Shown piece by piece: positions 1 to 9,726 of a stretch of DNA of 64,000 nt. A program made the translations under genes and the position numbers. How positions within the stretch are numbered: the first letter of the stretch is position 1; every line of letters begins with the position of its first letter. Source of the DNA: a virus; the IMG/VR virus record IMGVR_UViG_3300027708_000025, positions 1-64,000 of that record; one strand, written 5' to 3'. Below the pieces are notes generated by a model. The model worked only from the letters and a program-made list of their open reading frames with translations, ran no database searches and was not told the origin of the DNA.

Positions 1-689
1 AATTTAATTTCAAATTGTCCATCTTCAACTTCTTCAATGTAATAAACTTTAGTCGTGGCTGTAACTTCAACTAAATTGGCAACTTTTGAAAATGTTCGTG
101 TTGTGCTGTCTGTAGAAGAATTTAAAACGCTAACAGTCAATGTTGATGTGTCAACATTTTTATTTGGAATTAAAAATCTTTGATCTGGATCATTTAAATT
201 TACAGTATATCTTCTATTAATATATCGTCCTTCTCTGAGAGACATTGCGCTACTATAAACACCATTTGTTGCTGATACAATAACCGAACTTGTATTCAAG
301 AAGTTGTATGTTGTTCCGTCTACTGATCCCGTAAAAGATGTGTATGCAGGAATAGTTATGCTCACTGGAGAACTAGTAAGTGTCAATGTTGCAGTTCCAC
401 TAATAGATGCGGATGTAACTGAACGTGGCGTATAGTTTAGAGACTTGGCCAAGTTGACAACTGAATTTCTTTTTTGTGCTGTTGGCAAGAATGCCTCAGC
501 GGCTACCATGTTGAGGTAGAATGAATTGTAGTATGTGTTATATGCTAACAGGTCAAGCAGAACATTAAGTCCAGAACCTTCAAAGTTATAATCTCTGAAT
601 TGATCCTGTGCTTGCAGATAAGATTTAAAGTTAGTTTTGATTCCCTGAAAATCTAATGCATCTATTTTTAAATTATTGTCCGATGCCAT
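1..689 (-). CDS. gp6: Baseplate wedge subunit, T4 gp6-like (runs off the window edge)
   Basis: Hand translation from ATG 689: MASDNNLKIDALDFQGIKTNFKSYLQAQDQFRDYNFEGSGLNVLLDLLAYNTYYNSFYLNM..., the classic gp6 N-terminus; TAATG overlap with gp25. Confidence 0.93.
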   Translation of the reverse strand, partial: MASDNNLKIDALDFQGIKTNFKSYLQAQDQFRDYNFEGSGLNVLLDLLAYNTYYNSFYLNMVAAEAFLPTAQKRNSVVNLAKSLNYTPRSVTSASISGTATLTLTSSPVSITIPAYTSFTGSVDGTTYNFLNTSSVIVSATNGVYSSAMSLREGRYINRRYTVNLNDPDQRFLIPNKNVDTSTLTVSVLNSSTDSTTRTFSKVANLVEVTATTKVYYIEEVEDGQFEIK

Positions 690-1072
690 TATGCTGTCCT
701 TTTGACTGTTGTTTGTAAGTTTGCAATACCAGAGGCATTTTTAATTACATATTCTAATTTGATATCAAACCCGTCATCCGAATAATCTATCTTTATGTCT
801 CTTAGTGATATGCGTTTTTCATACTTTTCAATGTCTCTTCTAAGACTTTTTTTAAGTTCATACAATGTAAATGCGCCATTTCTAGAGAACAAATAATTTT
901 TAACGCTACTACCATAATCAGGCATGAACGGGCGTGAGCCTTTTGTCGTGTTAATTAAATTAGACAAAGAACGTCTAACTGCAACCTCATTTGTGATGGG
1001 ACGAACGTCACCAGTCACAGGATGAGGCGTGAAGTCTAATGGTAAATCTTTGTAAAAATTAATAGTAGCCAT
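689..1072 (-). CDS. gp25: Baseplate wedge subunit gp25
   Basis: YKDLPLDF-HPVTGD...GSRPFMPDYGS...YEKRI GPW/gp25 pattern; sits next to gp6. Confidence 0.92.
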   Translation of the reverse strand: MATINFYKDLPLDFTPHPVTGDVRPITNEVAVRRSLSNLINTTKGSRPFMPDYGSSVKNYLFSRNGAFTLYELKKSLRRDIEKYEKRISLRDIKIDYSDDGFDIKLEYVIKNASGIANLQTTVKRTA

Positions 1073-1094
1073 TTTTTTCTTTTATTTATGTCTG

Positions 1095-1271
1095 TTATTC
1101 TGCCGTTTTAGCGTCTTGAATTTCTTTTCTTCGTTCTTTAGCCGCTTTTGTAAACTCTGCTAATGCTTTTCTTGCTCTTGTTCCTGCGGCTTTATTTCCT
1201 TTGTTGTCGAATTTATCATTCTCTGCGAGATATGATTCAAATAAATTAACTAAGTTTTCGTGATTCGTCAT
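1095..1271 (-). CDS. Small basic histone H1-like (Hc1-family) protein, 58 aa
   Basis: Not in ORF track; MTNHENLVNLFESYLAENDKFDNKGNKAAGTRARKALAEFTKAAKERRKEIQDAKTAE; KGNKAAGTRARK motif; AAGGA RBS. Confidence 0.8.
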   Translation of the reverse strand: MTNHENLVNLFESYLAENDKFDNKGNKAAGTRARKALAEFTKAAKERRKEIQDAKTAE

Positions 1272-1291
1272 TATTATTTCCTTATAAAATG

Positions 1292-1320
1292 TTGACTTTT
1301 GCTTGACATAGTGCTATACT
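1292..1320 (+). promoter_or_regulatory. Sigma70-type promoter pointing antisense into gp5
   Basis: TTGACT-17 nt-TATACT with TG extended -10. Confidence 0.5.
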
Positions 1321-1338
1321 ACTGTGTAGCCTATGATT

Positions 1339-2265
1339 TTAACCTATACCTGTAGAAGTAACACCACCACCATTTTGTACTCCACCATGAACGTGAGTTC
1401 CAAGACTTGTAGTTCCTGTAGTTACAATCGGTGCAGTTACAGAAACCGCACCTGTTATTGGTCCAGCAACTTCTAATATTCCAGTCACACTAACTGAAGG
1501 TGCAGTAATTGTTGTTGTTGCTGATGATTGGAGATTCAATGTGCCAAGAAGCGCACGTACACTTGCGTATAGTCCAGCAGTTGCAGTAAATGCGCCACCA
1601 GCAGTAATAGAAGCAAGCCCTCCAGCAATAATACTTGTTGCTAAAGTTGATGTAGTCGTTATTGATTCTGTCGCTGTTAAATTGATGTTCTTTGCGTTTA
1701 AATTGATATCGCCATTTGACGCTTCAATTGAAATATCATTGGTTGGTGTATAGATTGAAATTTTTCCATCAGAATCTATATTGACTTTTGCGCCAGTTTT
1801 GTGTTGAATTAATATGTGCCCATTCGCTTCACCTGAAGATTGCGTGACAACTTCAATGATGTTGTTTCCAATCTCCCAACAAACTGTATTTGCAGAATTT
1901 TTTGAAGTAGTAACCCTAGCAAAGTTTCTAGTTAAATTGGGTGATGTGCCAAAATACTCTGAAGCATTTTGCGGAATTGCAGGAAGATAACCTAAAATTG
2001 CAGGCTCTTGTGCAGACATAGAATCTAAAAAGAAACCAAATACCCATTCACCAACTTTAGGACTTGCGTAAAGATTTGGTGTGTTTAGAGGGTGAATAGA
2101 TAACGCCCAAGGCAAGTCTTCAGTCGGAACTAAACTAGTTGCCTTTGCAGGATGATATCCAAAGCATCTTACTTTGCATCTGCCAAGCGTCAATGGATCG
2201 TTGATATCTTCAACAACTCCAATCCACCAAACAAATCCATCCTGCCCAATAAAATTTCTCATCAA
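1339..2265 (-). CDS. gp5: Baseplate central spike, gp5 OB-fold plus beta-helix, no lysozyme domain
   Basis: WWIGVVEDINDPLTLGRCKVRCFGYH...LPWA gp5 N-terminus; C-terminal HVHGGV. Confidence 0.88.
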   Translation of the reverse strand: MMRNFIGQDGFVWWIGVVEDINDPLTLGRCKVRCFGYHPAKATSLVPTEDLPWALSIHPLNTPNLYASPKVGEWVFGFFLDSMSAQEPAILGYLPAIPQNASEYFGTSPNLTRNFARVTTSKNSANTVCWEIGNNIIEVVTQSSGEANGHILIQHKTGAKVNIDSDGKISIYTPTNDISIEASNGDINLNAKNINLTATESITTTSTLATSIIAGGLASITAGGAFTATAGLYASVRALLGTLNLQSSATTTITAPSVSVTGILEVAGPITGAVSVTAPIVTTGTTSLGTHVHGGVQNGGGVTSTGIG

Positions 2266-2499
2266 TTATCCCATATGCTTAAAATACTGAATTTGTCTCT
2301 CTTGATCTGCAACCCATTCATCCGAAGGTTTACCCTCGCCTTTGTAGTAACGCAATGGCTTACCTGTTTTTTTAGAGACTAACGCCCACTTTCCGTCTAC
2401 TTGTTTAAGTGTCTCAATTAATTCTGGACCGTAAACTTCTTCTTCCCACTCTTCTTGTGAAAGTGTGGTGCCTTGTATAAATTCTTTAAATTTTTTCAT
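2266..2499 (-). CDS. Hypothetical protein, possible head-internal protein
   Basis: 77 aa; MKKFKEFI N-terminus. Confidence 0.6.
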   Translation of the reverse strand: MKKFKEFIQGTTLSQEEWEEEVYGPELIETLKQVDGKWALVSKKTGKPLRYYKGEGKPSDEWVADQERQIQYFKHMG

Positions 2500-3446
2500 A
2501 GCTTGTCTAATTCTGATGTATCTACTGCGCCTGGAGGAACATTGTCTTTAATCCAAGTCAGTAATTGTTTTTTTACATCAAGTTCTGTCTTTGCAGGTTT
2601 TCCTGGTTCTTTAAGAGTTAAGTATTTAAAGTCTTTGATAACAGGATTACCGTTTTTGTCTTTATATGGTTTATTTGTTTTTGGATCGACAATGAAAATT
2701 GTATTCGCTGGATTATTTAGAATGACGTAAACACCGCCTTGAACCGATGGTGGCATAGCTGTTGTCACTAAGTTATATACAGTCTGTGCGGCACCCGCAT
2801 GAGTAGCAAGTAAAATATCTTCTGGCACAACTCTTGCTCTTTTTTTGTTATTCATTATTGCAATCTGATAATTAGTCAGAACCCATGAAACGTGAATGTT
2901 TTTTGGTTCATATCCAGCATCAAACAGTTTTGGCAAAACATCTGTCATGTCTGAAACTTCTTTGAATGTGCTGTCAAAAATAAGATTTGGCAATTGACCC
3001 TTTTCAGCGCCAGCAAGCATTAAGTCTAATGTCTTGTTTTTTACGTCAGTTGCACGAATAAGAATATGTAAGATGTAAACATGCGTTGGAGTTTTTAAGT
3101 CCAACTGACCCATCTTTAAATTCTTGTCTATCAATTCTTTTTTGATAAGGTCTTTATCTTTATCGGAAATCTTGTCGCCATATTTGTCAAGCAAGTCTTG
3201 TGTCGTGAATTTACCAAGTGCATCTAGCTTTTGAAATGCAATCTTCAATTCGTCTACGTCACGTATTTTAAAATCAGACCCTTGCATAAAATGCTGAACG
3301 GCAAAACCTTTACCAGAACCCGCACCACCAGCAAGAAACACAATCTGCCCATACTTTGCGCCATTGTTATAAAGAATTTGTTTCTCTACAAGTTGACTTG
3401 CTTTGTAGTCTTTTAAATCTACATACTCTGAAAATTTAAGTTTCAT
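2496..3446 (-). CDS. P-loop kinase-like protein
   Basis: Walker A GGAGSGKG, LIFDST, R..R.R.VPE; start moved to MKLKFSEY (ATGA overlap). Confidence 0.7.
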   Translation of the reverse strand: MKLKFSEYVDLKDYKASQLVEKQILYNNGAKYGQIVFLAGGAGSGKGFAVQHFMQGSDFKIRDVDELKIAFQKLDALGKFTTQDLLDKYGDKISDKDKDLIKKELIDKNLKMGQLDLKTPTHVYILHILIRATDVKNKTLDLMLAGAEKGQLPNLIFDSTFKEVSDMTDVLPKLFDAGYEPKNIHVSWVLTNYQIAIMNNKKRARVVPEDILLATHAGAAQTVYNLVTTAMPPSVQGGVYVILNNPANTIFIVDPKTNKPYKDKNGNPVIKDFKYLTLKEPGKPAKTELDVKKQLLTWIKDNVPPGAVDTSELDKL

Positions 3447-4945
3447 GGTACTAAACCTTTTCTCCAATATCTGTTCACTATTGTTGTTGAATCTGTGCTG
3501 TCTTGATAACGTCTATTTGGTAATCTAGAATCTGCTGTTGGTGTTGCAACACCAGTATTGAAGTCATACGGAATAGTTGCTCTACCTAACTCTAAAGACT
3601 TTGAATACGAACCCAGTCCAATTTTGTGATGAACCGACATAACAAAATATTTACCCGAATAAATTTTATCGTTGGGTATACTTGGGTTTGTTGGGTCTGC
3701 TAATTTTTCAAATGCACTAGGAACAATGAAGTTCACAATATGCCCAACACCAATGTTATTCTTACCACCTTCAATCTCTATGCCAATTTGAAATAAGTTC
3801 TTAGTCAAATGTCCATAGATGTTATTTGATAACCACTCATCTCTATTTACAGAATCATTTAGTGAAGAGGTAATCAACTTTCTTCCTGGAGTTTGTCCAG
3901 CAATATCGTCATATCTTGAAAATATGTTTGAATCGTCAATCGTTTTAAATGAATAGAAATCAGTTGATTCATTCTGCCCGTTTGCATATGACAATTTTCT
4001 CATCGCATGAGTTCTTGATATTGCGTCAATTGATGTGATTGTTGTATTATACAGCCCCAATAGCATTGCATTCAAATGATTAAAATTTTCTCTTCTTTCA
4101 AACTTTAAAGTTCTTATTGTTGTGTCTTCTTTATTTGCTACAGTTTTTTGTGCAAATTTAATATTATGTATGCCATACTGTGCCGAATCTCTGATTAGTT
4201 TATTCAGACTGCCAAAATAATATGATGACGTAAATGGTTCATCTGTTATAGAATTTGTTGCAAATACGGGATTAAATCTTTCAAAGAACACATAGAAGTC
4301 GCCTTTTGCACATGCACGATGAGTCATTGCTTCAATCGCTTTATGTGGCATAAGTCCTGTAGAGATAAATGGTTTCTCTAATGTAATATTAGGGTCTTCT
4401 AAAATCAAATCATTTGCACCACCCATTTCAGAAAACATAGATGTTACTGCATGTCCAATAGACATGTTTTTGTAACTTTTAAACAAACACTTTTTAGTAG
4501 AATTGATGTAAGTTCTTGACGTAAATTGCAACTGATATACGCTATGCAAAGTTGTTTGATCTACTGTGCTTTCGCTAATCTTATGCACAACTAAATCTTG
4601 TCGCCAAATGATGACCTCACCATTTCCTGGCTTTGCAATTTTTAATCCAATTAATTCTCCACCACGCAATGCAAATTTCTCTAAACCACCACCAGAATCG
4701 TCAATGGTAATTACACCTTCAATACATGCAGAAAACATATCTTCAATAATTTCAATATCTCTAAATGCGCCCATCAAGTCTACCCTCTCACCGTATTGTG
4801 TGAGCAAAAAAACTTCTTTAACGTCAACGTCTGATCCAAAACCGGGAACAATTGACGGATCTTGCGATACTTTTATATCTGAAGTCTGCCCTATGTCAGG
4901 CGAAAATTTAGTAAACGCAGAAAAATTATTATTGGTGGTAGCCAT
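3443..4945 (-). CDS. Baseplate hub/tail protein (gp27-like)
   Basis: 500 aa; EDMFS..IEG.I.I.D N-terminus and SGKYFVMSVHH C-terminus; position beside gp53. Confidence 0.7.
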   Translation of the reverse strand: MATTNNNFSAFTKFSPDIGQTSDIKVSQDPSIVPGFGSDVDVKEVFLLTQYGERVDLMGAFRDIEIIEDMFSACIEGVITIDDSGGGLEKFALRGGELIGLKIAKPGNGEVIIWRQDLVVHKISESTVDQTTLHSVYQLQFTSRTYINSTKKCLFKSYKNMSIGHAVTSMFSEMGGANDLILEDPNITLEKPFISTGLMPHKAIEAMTHRACAKGDFYVFFERFNPVFATNSITDEPFTSSYYFGSLNKLIRDSAQYGIHNIKFAQKTVANKEDTTIRTLKFERRENFNHLNAMLLGLYNTTITSIDAISRTHAMRKLSYANGQNESTDFYSFKTIDDSNIFSRYDDIAGQTPGRKLITSSLNDSVNRDEWLSNNIYGHLTKNLFQIGIEIEGGKNNIGVGHIVNFIVPSAFEKLADPTNPSIPNDKIYSGKYFVMSVHHKIGLGSYSKSLELGRATIPYDFNTGVATPTADSRLPNRRYQDSTDSTTIVNRYWRKGLVP

Positions 4946-5475
4946 TAGGTAACAGGTTTCTTAGTAATAGAATTCAAATCAGAAGTAATTGCACTAATTA
5001 AACTTTTTCTAATAACTCTTATTTTTGATTTGTTAGAGTTAACTCGCAACTCATATTCATATTCTGTCTCGGATGTTCTAGCAGTTAATGCAAGACTATT
5101 ATAAGTTGTTTGGTCAATAATGTCTCCGCTTGCATCGTAATAATATTTTACAGTAGACATAGCTGACGTAAGACTACCATACTTTTCAATGATGTATGAT
5201 TCTAAGTCTACAGAATTTCTTGGCCAATCATCATACAAACTATGAATATCATTAGCAAGCATGATAATCCAATCGTAGTCTGTACTACCATAGAGTTTAT
5301 ATGATACGTAATCTGGACGCTCGCCATCTTGCACTTGATATGGTGAATATAGTATTCCTCTGTAGTTTTTTAAATAGTCTTTGACTTTTAAAGATGATGT
5401 GATATCAATTGCCGTAAGCGAATCGTAGGCATCAACTTTATAAGTTATCTTTGGATAGAATGTGTATATTGACAT
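4945..5475 (-). CDS. gp53: Baseplate wedge subunit gp53
   Basis: YQVQDGERPDYVSYKLYGSTDYDWIIMLANDI..YDDWP. Confidence 0.92.
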   Translation of the reverse strand: MSIYTFYPKITYKVDAYDSLTAIDITSSLKVKDYLKNYRGILYSPYQVQDGERPDYVSYKLYGSTDYDWIIMLANDIHSLYDDWPRNSVDLESYIIEKYGSLTSAMSTVKYYYDASGDIIDQTTYNSLALTARTSETEYEYELRVNSNKSKIRVIRKSLISAITSDLNSITKKPVT

Positions 5476-5477
5476 AA

Positions 5478-6536
5478 TTAGAAAATTGTTCTACCTGATG
5501 TATTGTGTTCTGCTGTTGCGTAATCTGCTGTAATCAATACGCTCTCTCTCAATGCAATCGTCATGTTAACCTCAGATGCAAAATATTCGCCGGCTGCGGA
5601 AGACGTAGGATTTGAAAGAAACACCATTTTGTTTTGTGCTCCATAATCTAAACCAACATTTTCAATCATACAAAAATCAGAAATAAACAATGAAACAATT
5701 TCGCTGTTTGTACCATTCTTTTTATAAAGAATTAATTCTAATTCGCACATGTCTGGATATCCAAATGTTAAAGGAGCCTTAGATGCTTCGGTAATTGCTG
5801 TGCCTTCATTTTCATTGAATGCATCTAAACCTACCTCAGTTAGTGCTAATTTTTTTTCTTCATCTGGCAACTTATTAATTTCATCCATTCGTTCTTGAGA
5901 TATTCCAGACTCGGCTAAAGCATTTTCATTAAATCCTGTTAATGAATCGTTTAAATTTCCTCTAGGTGAAGATGCTACACGAAATGTGTGAATAATATCA
6001 CGCATCGTTTTGGCTTCTTCGTAACTTGTAGGCTTCATATTAAACGGCAATTGAAATGATCTGAATCTAGGTCCTTGATAAATCAATTGCTGAAAACTGT
6101 TAAATAATTTTCTTGTCAAAAATTCTGCTTGAGATTTTCCTGATTGTCCTGCACTCGCAATATATCCAACGCCAGCGCCAAGCGCATTCATTAATCCTTT
6201 TTGAATAGCTTCTAAACCACTACCTTTGACTTTACCTAACAAATCTGTCATGTCTTTTAAAGTAGCATTACTAGTTTGTCCCGGAGTAATAGAACCAAAT
6301 ATACCTGTAGCTTCTTGATAGCTGTTGCTTAACTGTGTGCTAAACGTGCCTCCGAGTCGTATATAAATAGATGGCGCATCAGAATCTGCACCCGTTGCAT
6401 CATAGAATTTAAATCTAGCCATTGGAATAACAAATTCTGAGTGAGCAAAGTCGCTACCAAATATCAATTCAGTTTCTGGTCCAGATGGATATTGAAATCC
6501 AGAAGTTGTTACTGTAAATGGTTGTCTTGTTGCCAT
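5478..6536 (-). CDS. gp48: Baseplate tail-tube cap gp48-like
   Basis: YQGPRFRSFQLPFNMKPTSYEEA and FGYPD motifs; synteny. Confidence 0.8.
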   Translation of the reverse strand: MATRQPFTVTTSGFQYPSGPETELIFGSDFAHSEFVIPMARFKFYDATGADSDAPSIYIRLGGTFSTQLSNSYQEATGIFGSITPGQTSNATLKDMTDLLGKVKGSGLEAIQKGLMNALGAGVGYIASAGQSGKSQAEFLTRKLFNSFQQLIYQGPRFRSFQLPFNMKPTSYEEAKTMRDIIHTFRVASSPRGNLNDSLTGFNENALAESGISQERMDEINKLPDEEKKLALTEVGLDAFNENEGTAITEASKAPLTFGYPDMCELELILYKKNGTNSEIVSLFISDFCMIENVGLDYGAQNKMVFLSNPTSSAAGEYFASEVNMTIALRESVLITADYATAEHNTSGRTIF

Positions 6537-6572
6537 TTTGGCTTTCCCTTATATTAATTCATCATTCTATTT

Positions 6573-7016
6573 ATGTCATACAAAGGTAAATTTAAGCCTA
6601 AAAACTATCAAAAGTACAAAGGGAATCCAACAAATATTGTGTATCGAAGTTTGTTGGAAAGAAGATTCATGGTCTATTGTGATGAAACTCCTTCCATACT
6701 TGAGTGGTCTTCTGAAGAAATCGTTGTTCCTTATGTGTCTCCTGTTGACAATAGATATCATAGATACTTTGTTGACTTCTGGATGAAGTATAGAGACAAG
6801 AACGGAGAGATAAAATCTGTGCTAATTGAAGTCAAGCCAGACATACAAACACGCCCTCCTGTTAGAAAAAACACACCAGCAGGTAAACCAACCAGACGAT
6901 TCATCAATGAAGTAATGACATGGGGCGTCAATCAAGCAAAATGGGAAGCCGCAACAAAGTACTCAATTGAAAGAAATTGGGAATTTAAAATCATAACCGA
7001 TAAAGATTTGAGATAA
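6573..7016 (+). CDS. gp4: Head completion nuclease gp4
   Basis: YKGKFKPKNYQKYKG, YRSLLERRFM, WSSEE, RYFVDF, IEVKP. Confidence 0.95.
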   Translation: MSYKGKFKPKNYQKYKGNPTNIVYRSLLERRFMVYCDETPSILEWSSEEIVVPYVSPVDNRYHRYFVDFWMKYRDKNGEIKSVLIEVKPDIQTRPPVRKNTPAGKPTRRFINEVMTWGVNQAKWEAATKYSIERNWEFKIITDKDLR

Positions 7017-7023
7017 ATAGAAG

Positions 7024-7620
7024 ATGATATTTGATAACATACTCATTCAAGGCGCTAGACAAGGCATCATTCCTGCAAGAACAGTTGCGGCAAGGGATTG
7101 GTATAGGTCTGCGGCTGGCAAATTAATGTCGAACATAAGTCCTGGAGTCTTTGAGAAAAGAACCGATGAGGCAAGAAAAGTTTCGTCAATGGAATTTGGA
7201 TATATGTATGCATTTAAGTACGATCCAAAAACAAAAAAAGATTTGCCGTATTACGATACGTTTCCATTAATCTTTCCCGTGAGAATAGACTCTGATGGAT
7301 TCTTAGGGATCAACTTTCATTACTTGCCTCCAGTGCTACGTGCTAAATTAATGAATGCATTATATTCTACATTGACAAATAAAAAGTATGACGATACGAC
7401 AAAAGTTAGAATTTCATATTCTATTCTACAGTCTGCATCTAAGTACAGATACTTCAAACCAATGCTAAAAAAATACCTAAGAAGTCATGTTCGTTCTCAA
7501 TTCTTAGAAGTGCAAGTAAACGAATGGGACATTGCTATTTTTCTACCAACAGAGTCTTTCAGAAAAGCAGACACAGGGCGTGTTTGGGAAGAGTCACGCA
7601 AACAAATAGGAAGAACATAA
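7024..7620 (+). CDS. gp2: DNA end protector protein gp2
   Basis: YDPKTKKDLPYYDTFPLIF, GINFHYLPP. Confidence 0.95.
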   Translation: MIFDNILIQGARQGIIPARTVAARDWYRSAAGKLMSNISPGVFEKRTDEARKVSSMEFGYMYAFKYDPKTKKDLPYYDTFPLIFPVRIDSDGFLGINFHYLPPVLRAKLMNALYSTLTNKKYDDTTKVRISYSILQSASKYRYFKPMLKKYLRSHVRSQFLEVQVNEWDIAIFLPTESFRKADTGRVWEESRKQIGRT

Positions 7621-7621
7621 A

Positions 7622-8260
7622 ATGGCAACAACAGCACGGTTAGAAACAGTTACAATTACTGGGCAAATAGAAAATCCATTTAGTATATCCACGTTTAAAG
7701 ATGCTATAGGTAAACCAGTTCGTCCTAATTTATTTCGTGCTATATTGCGTGGATGGGATGATAATGAAGTTCTAGCCGCAACAATGGCTCAGTATGGAGT
7801 TTCAGATATTGACGATTTTGTTTTTAGATGCGAGAAAGCTGAATTACCTGGTCGTTCTATCGCTACGTCAGATGATACTGGCGGTGGTGGTCCTGCATTA
7901 AAACTTCCATACGATGTTACATACAATGATATTCAAATTTCAATTATATGTTCAGCAGATATGAAAGAGCGTGTATTCTTTGAATCTTGGATTGATTCTA
8001 TTGTTGGACCAGCCGGAGAAGCAAATGGTGCATCAGTAGGAGGTTTAGTTTCTTACTTTCAGGACTATGCTAGAGGCGTTACGCTAGAAGTTCAACAATT
8101 AGATGAAGCTGGCAAAGTGCTTATTTCATATCAACTAAATGATGTTTATCCTACAGTAATATCACCTATGAATGCGACATGGGAAGAAGTAAATTCGTAT
8201 CAGCGTTTTGGCGTTACATTATTCTATCGCTATCACAAATTTAAACTCAACAAATTTTAA
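7622..8260 (+). CDS. gp54: Baseplate tail-tube initiator gp54
   Basis: RPNLF, CEKAELPGRSI, VYPTVISPMNATW tube fold; follows gp2. Confidence 0.8.
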   Translation: MATTARLETVTITGQIENPFSISTFKDAIGKPVRPNLFRAILRGWDDNEVLAATMAQYGVSDIDDFVFRCEKAELPGRSIATSDDTGGGGPALKLPYDVTYNDIQISIICSADMKERVFFESWIDSIVGPAGEANGASVGGLVSYFQDYARGVTLEVQQLDEAGKVLISYQLNDVYPTVISPMNATWEEVNSYQRFGVTLFYRYHKFKLNKF

Positions 8261-8284
8261 TCATTACACCTTTGGAGGTATATC

Positions 8285-9022
8285 ATGGCTTTGCCTAAAA
8301 TTAACACACCTATCTTTGAATTGACTTTATCATCAACCGGTCAAGCAATACGATATCGCCCATTCTTAATGAAAGAGCAGAAGATTCTTTTGCTTGCACT
8401 AGAGAGTGGAGAAGCAAAATCAATTATGACAGCAGTAAAGCAAATTATTAATAATTGCGCTGTTAGTGAAGTTGACGTAGATAAGTTGCCGACATTTGAC
8501 TTAGAATATTTCTTTATGAGACTACGTGGTAAATCTATTGGTGAAACAGTAGATTTGCAATTGCGTCATCCTACAGGATTAAACACTAAAGAAGAAGAGT
8601 GTCAGCATGTAACTAAGTTCCCGTTTAACATCATGGAAGTTGAAGTTCAAAAAACTATCACTCATACAGACAAGATTACAATTGACGAAGATACAGGTTT
8701 AGGTATTAAGTTAAAATATCCAACGGCAGACTTTACTGAGATGAATACCGACAATATGAGTCAATTAGATGTTGCAGTCAAAATGCTAATTGCATGTATT
8801 GATTACATTTACGATAAAGATGAAGTATATAAGAAAGAAGACTCTACAGGAAAAGAATTAGAAGAATTTGTAGATAGTCTTTCACAAGAACAGTTTAAAA
8901 ATGTAATGAATTTCTTTGAAACCATGCCAAAGCTGAAGCACACTATTAATTGGAAGTGTACTGGTTGCGGTTGTGACGATGAAGTTACATTGGAGGGAAT
9001 GGGAAATTTTTTCGCATTGTGA
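8285..9022 (+). CDS. gp26: Baseplate hub subunit gp26
   Basis: MALPKINTP, YRPFLMKEQKILL, FDLEYFFMRLRGKSIGE, FFETMPKL. Confidence 0.93.
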   Translation: MALPKINTPIFELTLSSTGQAIRYRPFLMKEQKILLLALESGEAKSIMTAVKQIINNCAVSEVDVDKLPTFDLEYFFMRLRGKSIGETVDLQLRHPTGLNTKEEECQHVTKFPFNIMEVEVQKTITHTDKITIDEDTGLGIKLKYPTADFTEMNTDNMSQLDVAVKMLIACIDYIYDKDEVYKKEDSTGKELEEFVDSLSQEQFKNVMNFFETMPKLKHTINWKCTGCGCDDEVTLEGMGNFFAL

Positions 9023-9213
9023 TGGGGCATGATAGTTTAGCAAACTATTATAAGACTAATTTTGCATTAATGCAACATCATAAATACAGTTTAGGTGATT
9101 TGGAAGACATGATTCCTTTTGAGCGTGATATTTACATAATGCTATTAAGTCAACATATCGAAGAAGAAAATGACAGAATACAGCAACAAAATCAAGCGCA
9201 AAGAAGGGGTTGA
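9019..9213 (+). CDS. gp51: Baseplate hub assembly catalyst gp51
   Basis: YYKTNFALMQHHKYSL..LEDMIPFERDIY. Confidence 0.92.
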   Translation: MMGHDSLANYYKTNFALMQHHKYSLGDLEDMIPFERDIYIMLLSQHIEEENDRIQQQNQAQRRG

Positions 9214-9719
9214 TGGCAATGACTACAGAAAAAGAATATAACAAATTAACTGATAGTGAGAAGAAAAAAGAAGACTGGATGAACAGCAAATGGCGCCCAA
9301 TGATGGGTTGGGTCTATATGGCTACATGTACAGCAGACTTTGTGTTATTCCCTATCTTATGGAGTTTATTACAGAGTATTAGTCATGGCCAAGTAACTAG
9401 TCAATGGCAACCACTTACGTTGCAAGGTGCTGGACTATATCACATAGCAATGGGTGCTGTATTGGGTCTTGCGGCTTTTGGGCGTACACAAGAAAAACTA
9501 GCAGGAGCAAACAATGGCGGAATGCAACCCGTGGGTCAAAGCGTTACAACAACATATGGCTCGCCGTCAGCAGGAGGCTTTGATAGCAGTTCAGGCTTTG
9601 GAGCATCAACGACTGCACCCTCATCAAGTTGGGGAACAAATTCAATCTCAAAACCCGCAACCGGAAAAGCCGCAAAATTCGCAGACCCAAATCCAGACTC
9701 TGTGTTTGATAGAGGGTAA
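9210..9719 (+). CDS. 3TM holin-like membrane protein (GTA holin type)
   Basis: WRPMMGWVY...hydrophobic helices...LGLAAFGRTQEK. Confidence 0.65.
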   Translation: MMAMTTEKEYNKLTDSEKKKEDWMNSKWRPMMGWVYMATCTADFVLFPILWSLLQSISHGQVTSQWQPLTLQGAGLYHIAMGAVLGLAAFGRTQEKLAGANNGGMQPVGQSVTTTYGSPSAGGFDSSSGFGASTTAPSSSWGTNSISKPATGKAAKFADPNPDSVFDRG

Positions 9720-9726
9720 TTAGCAT

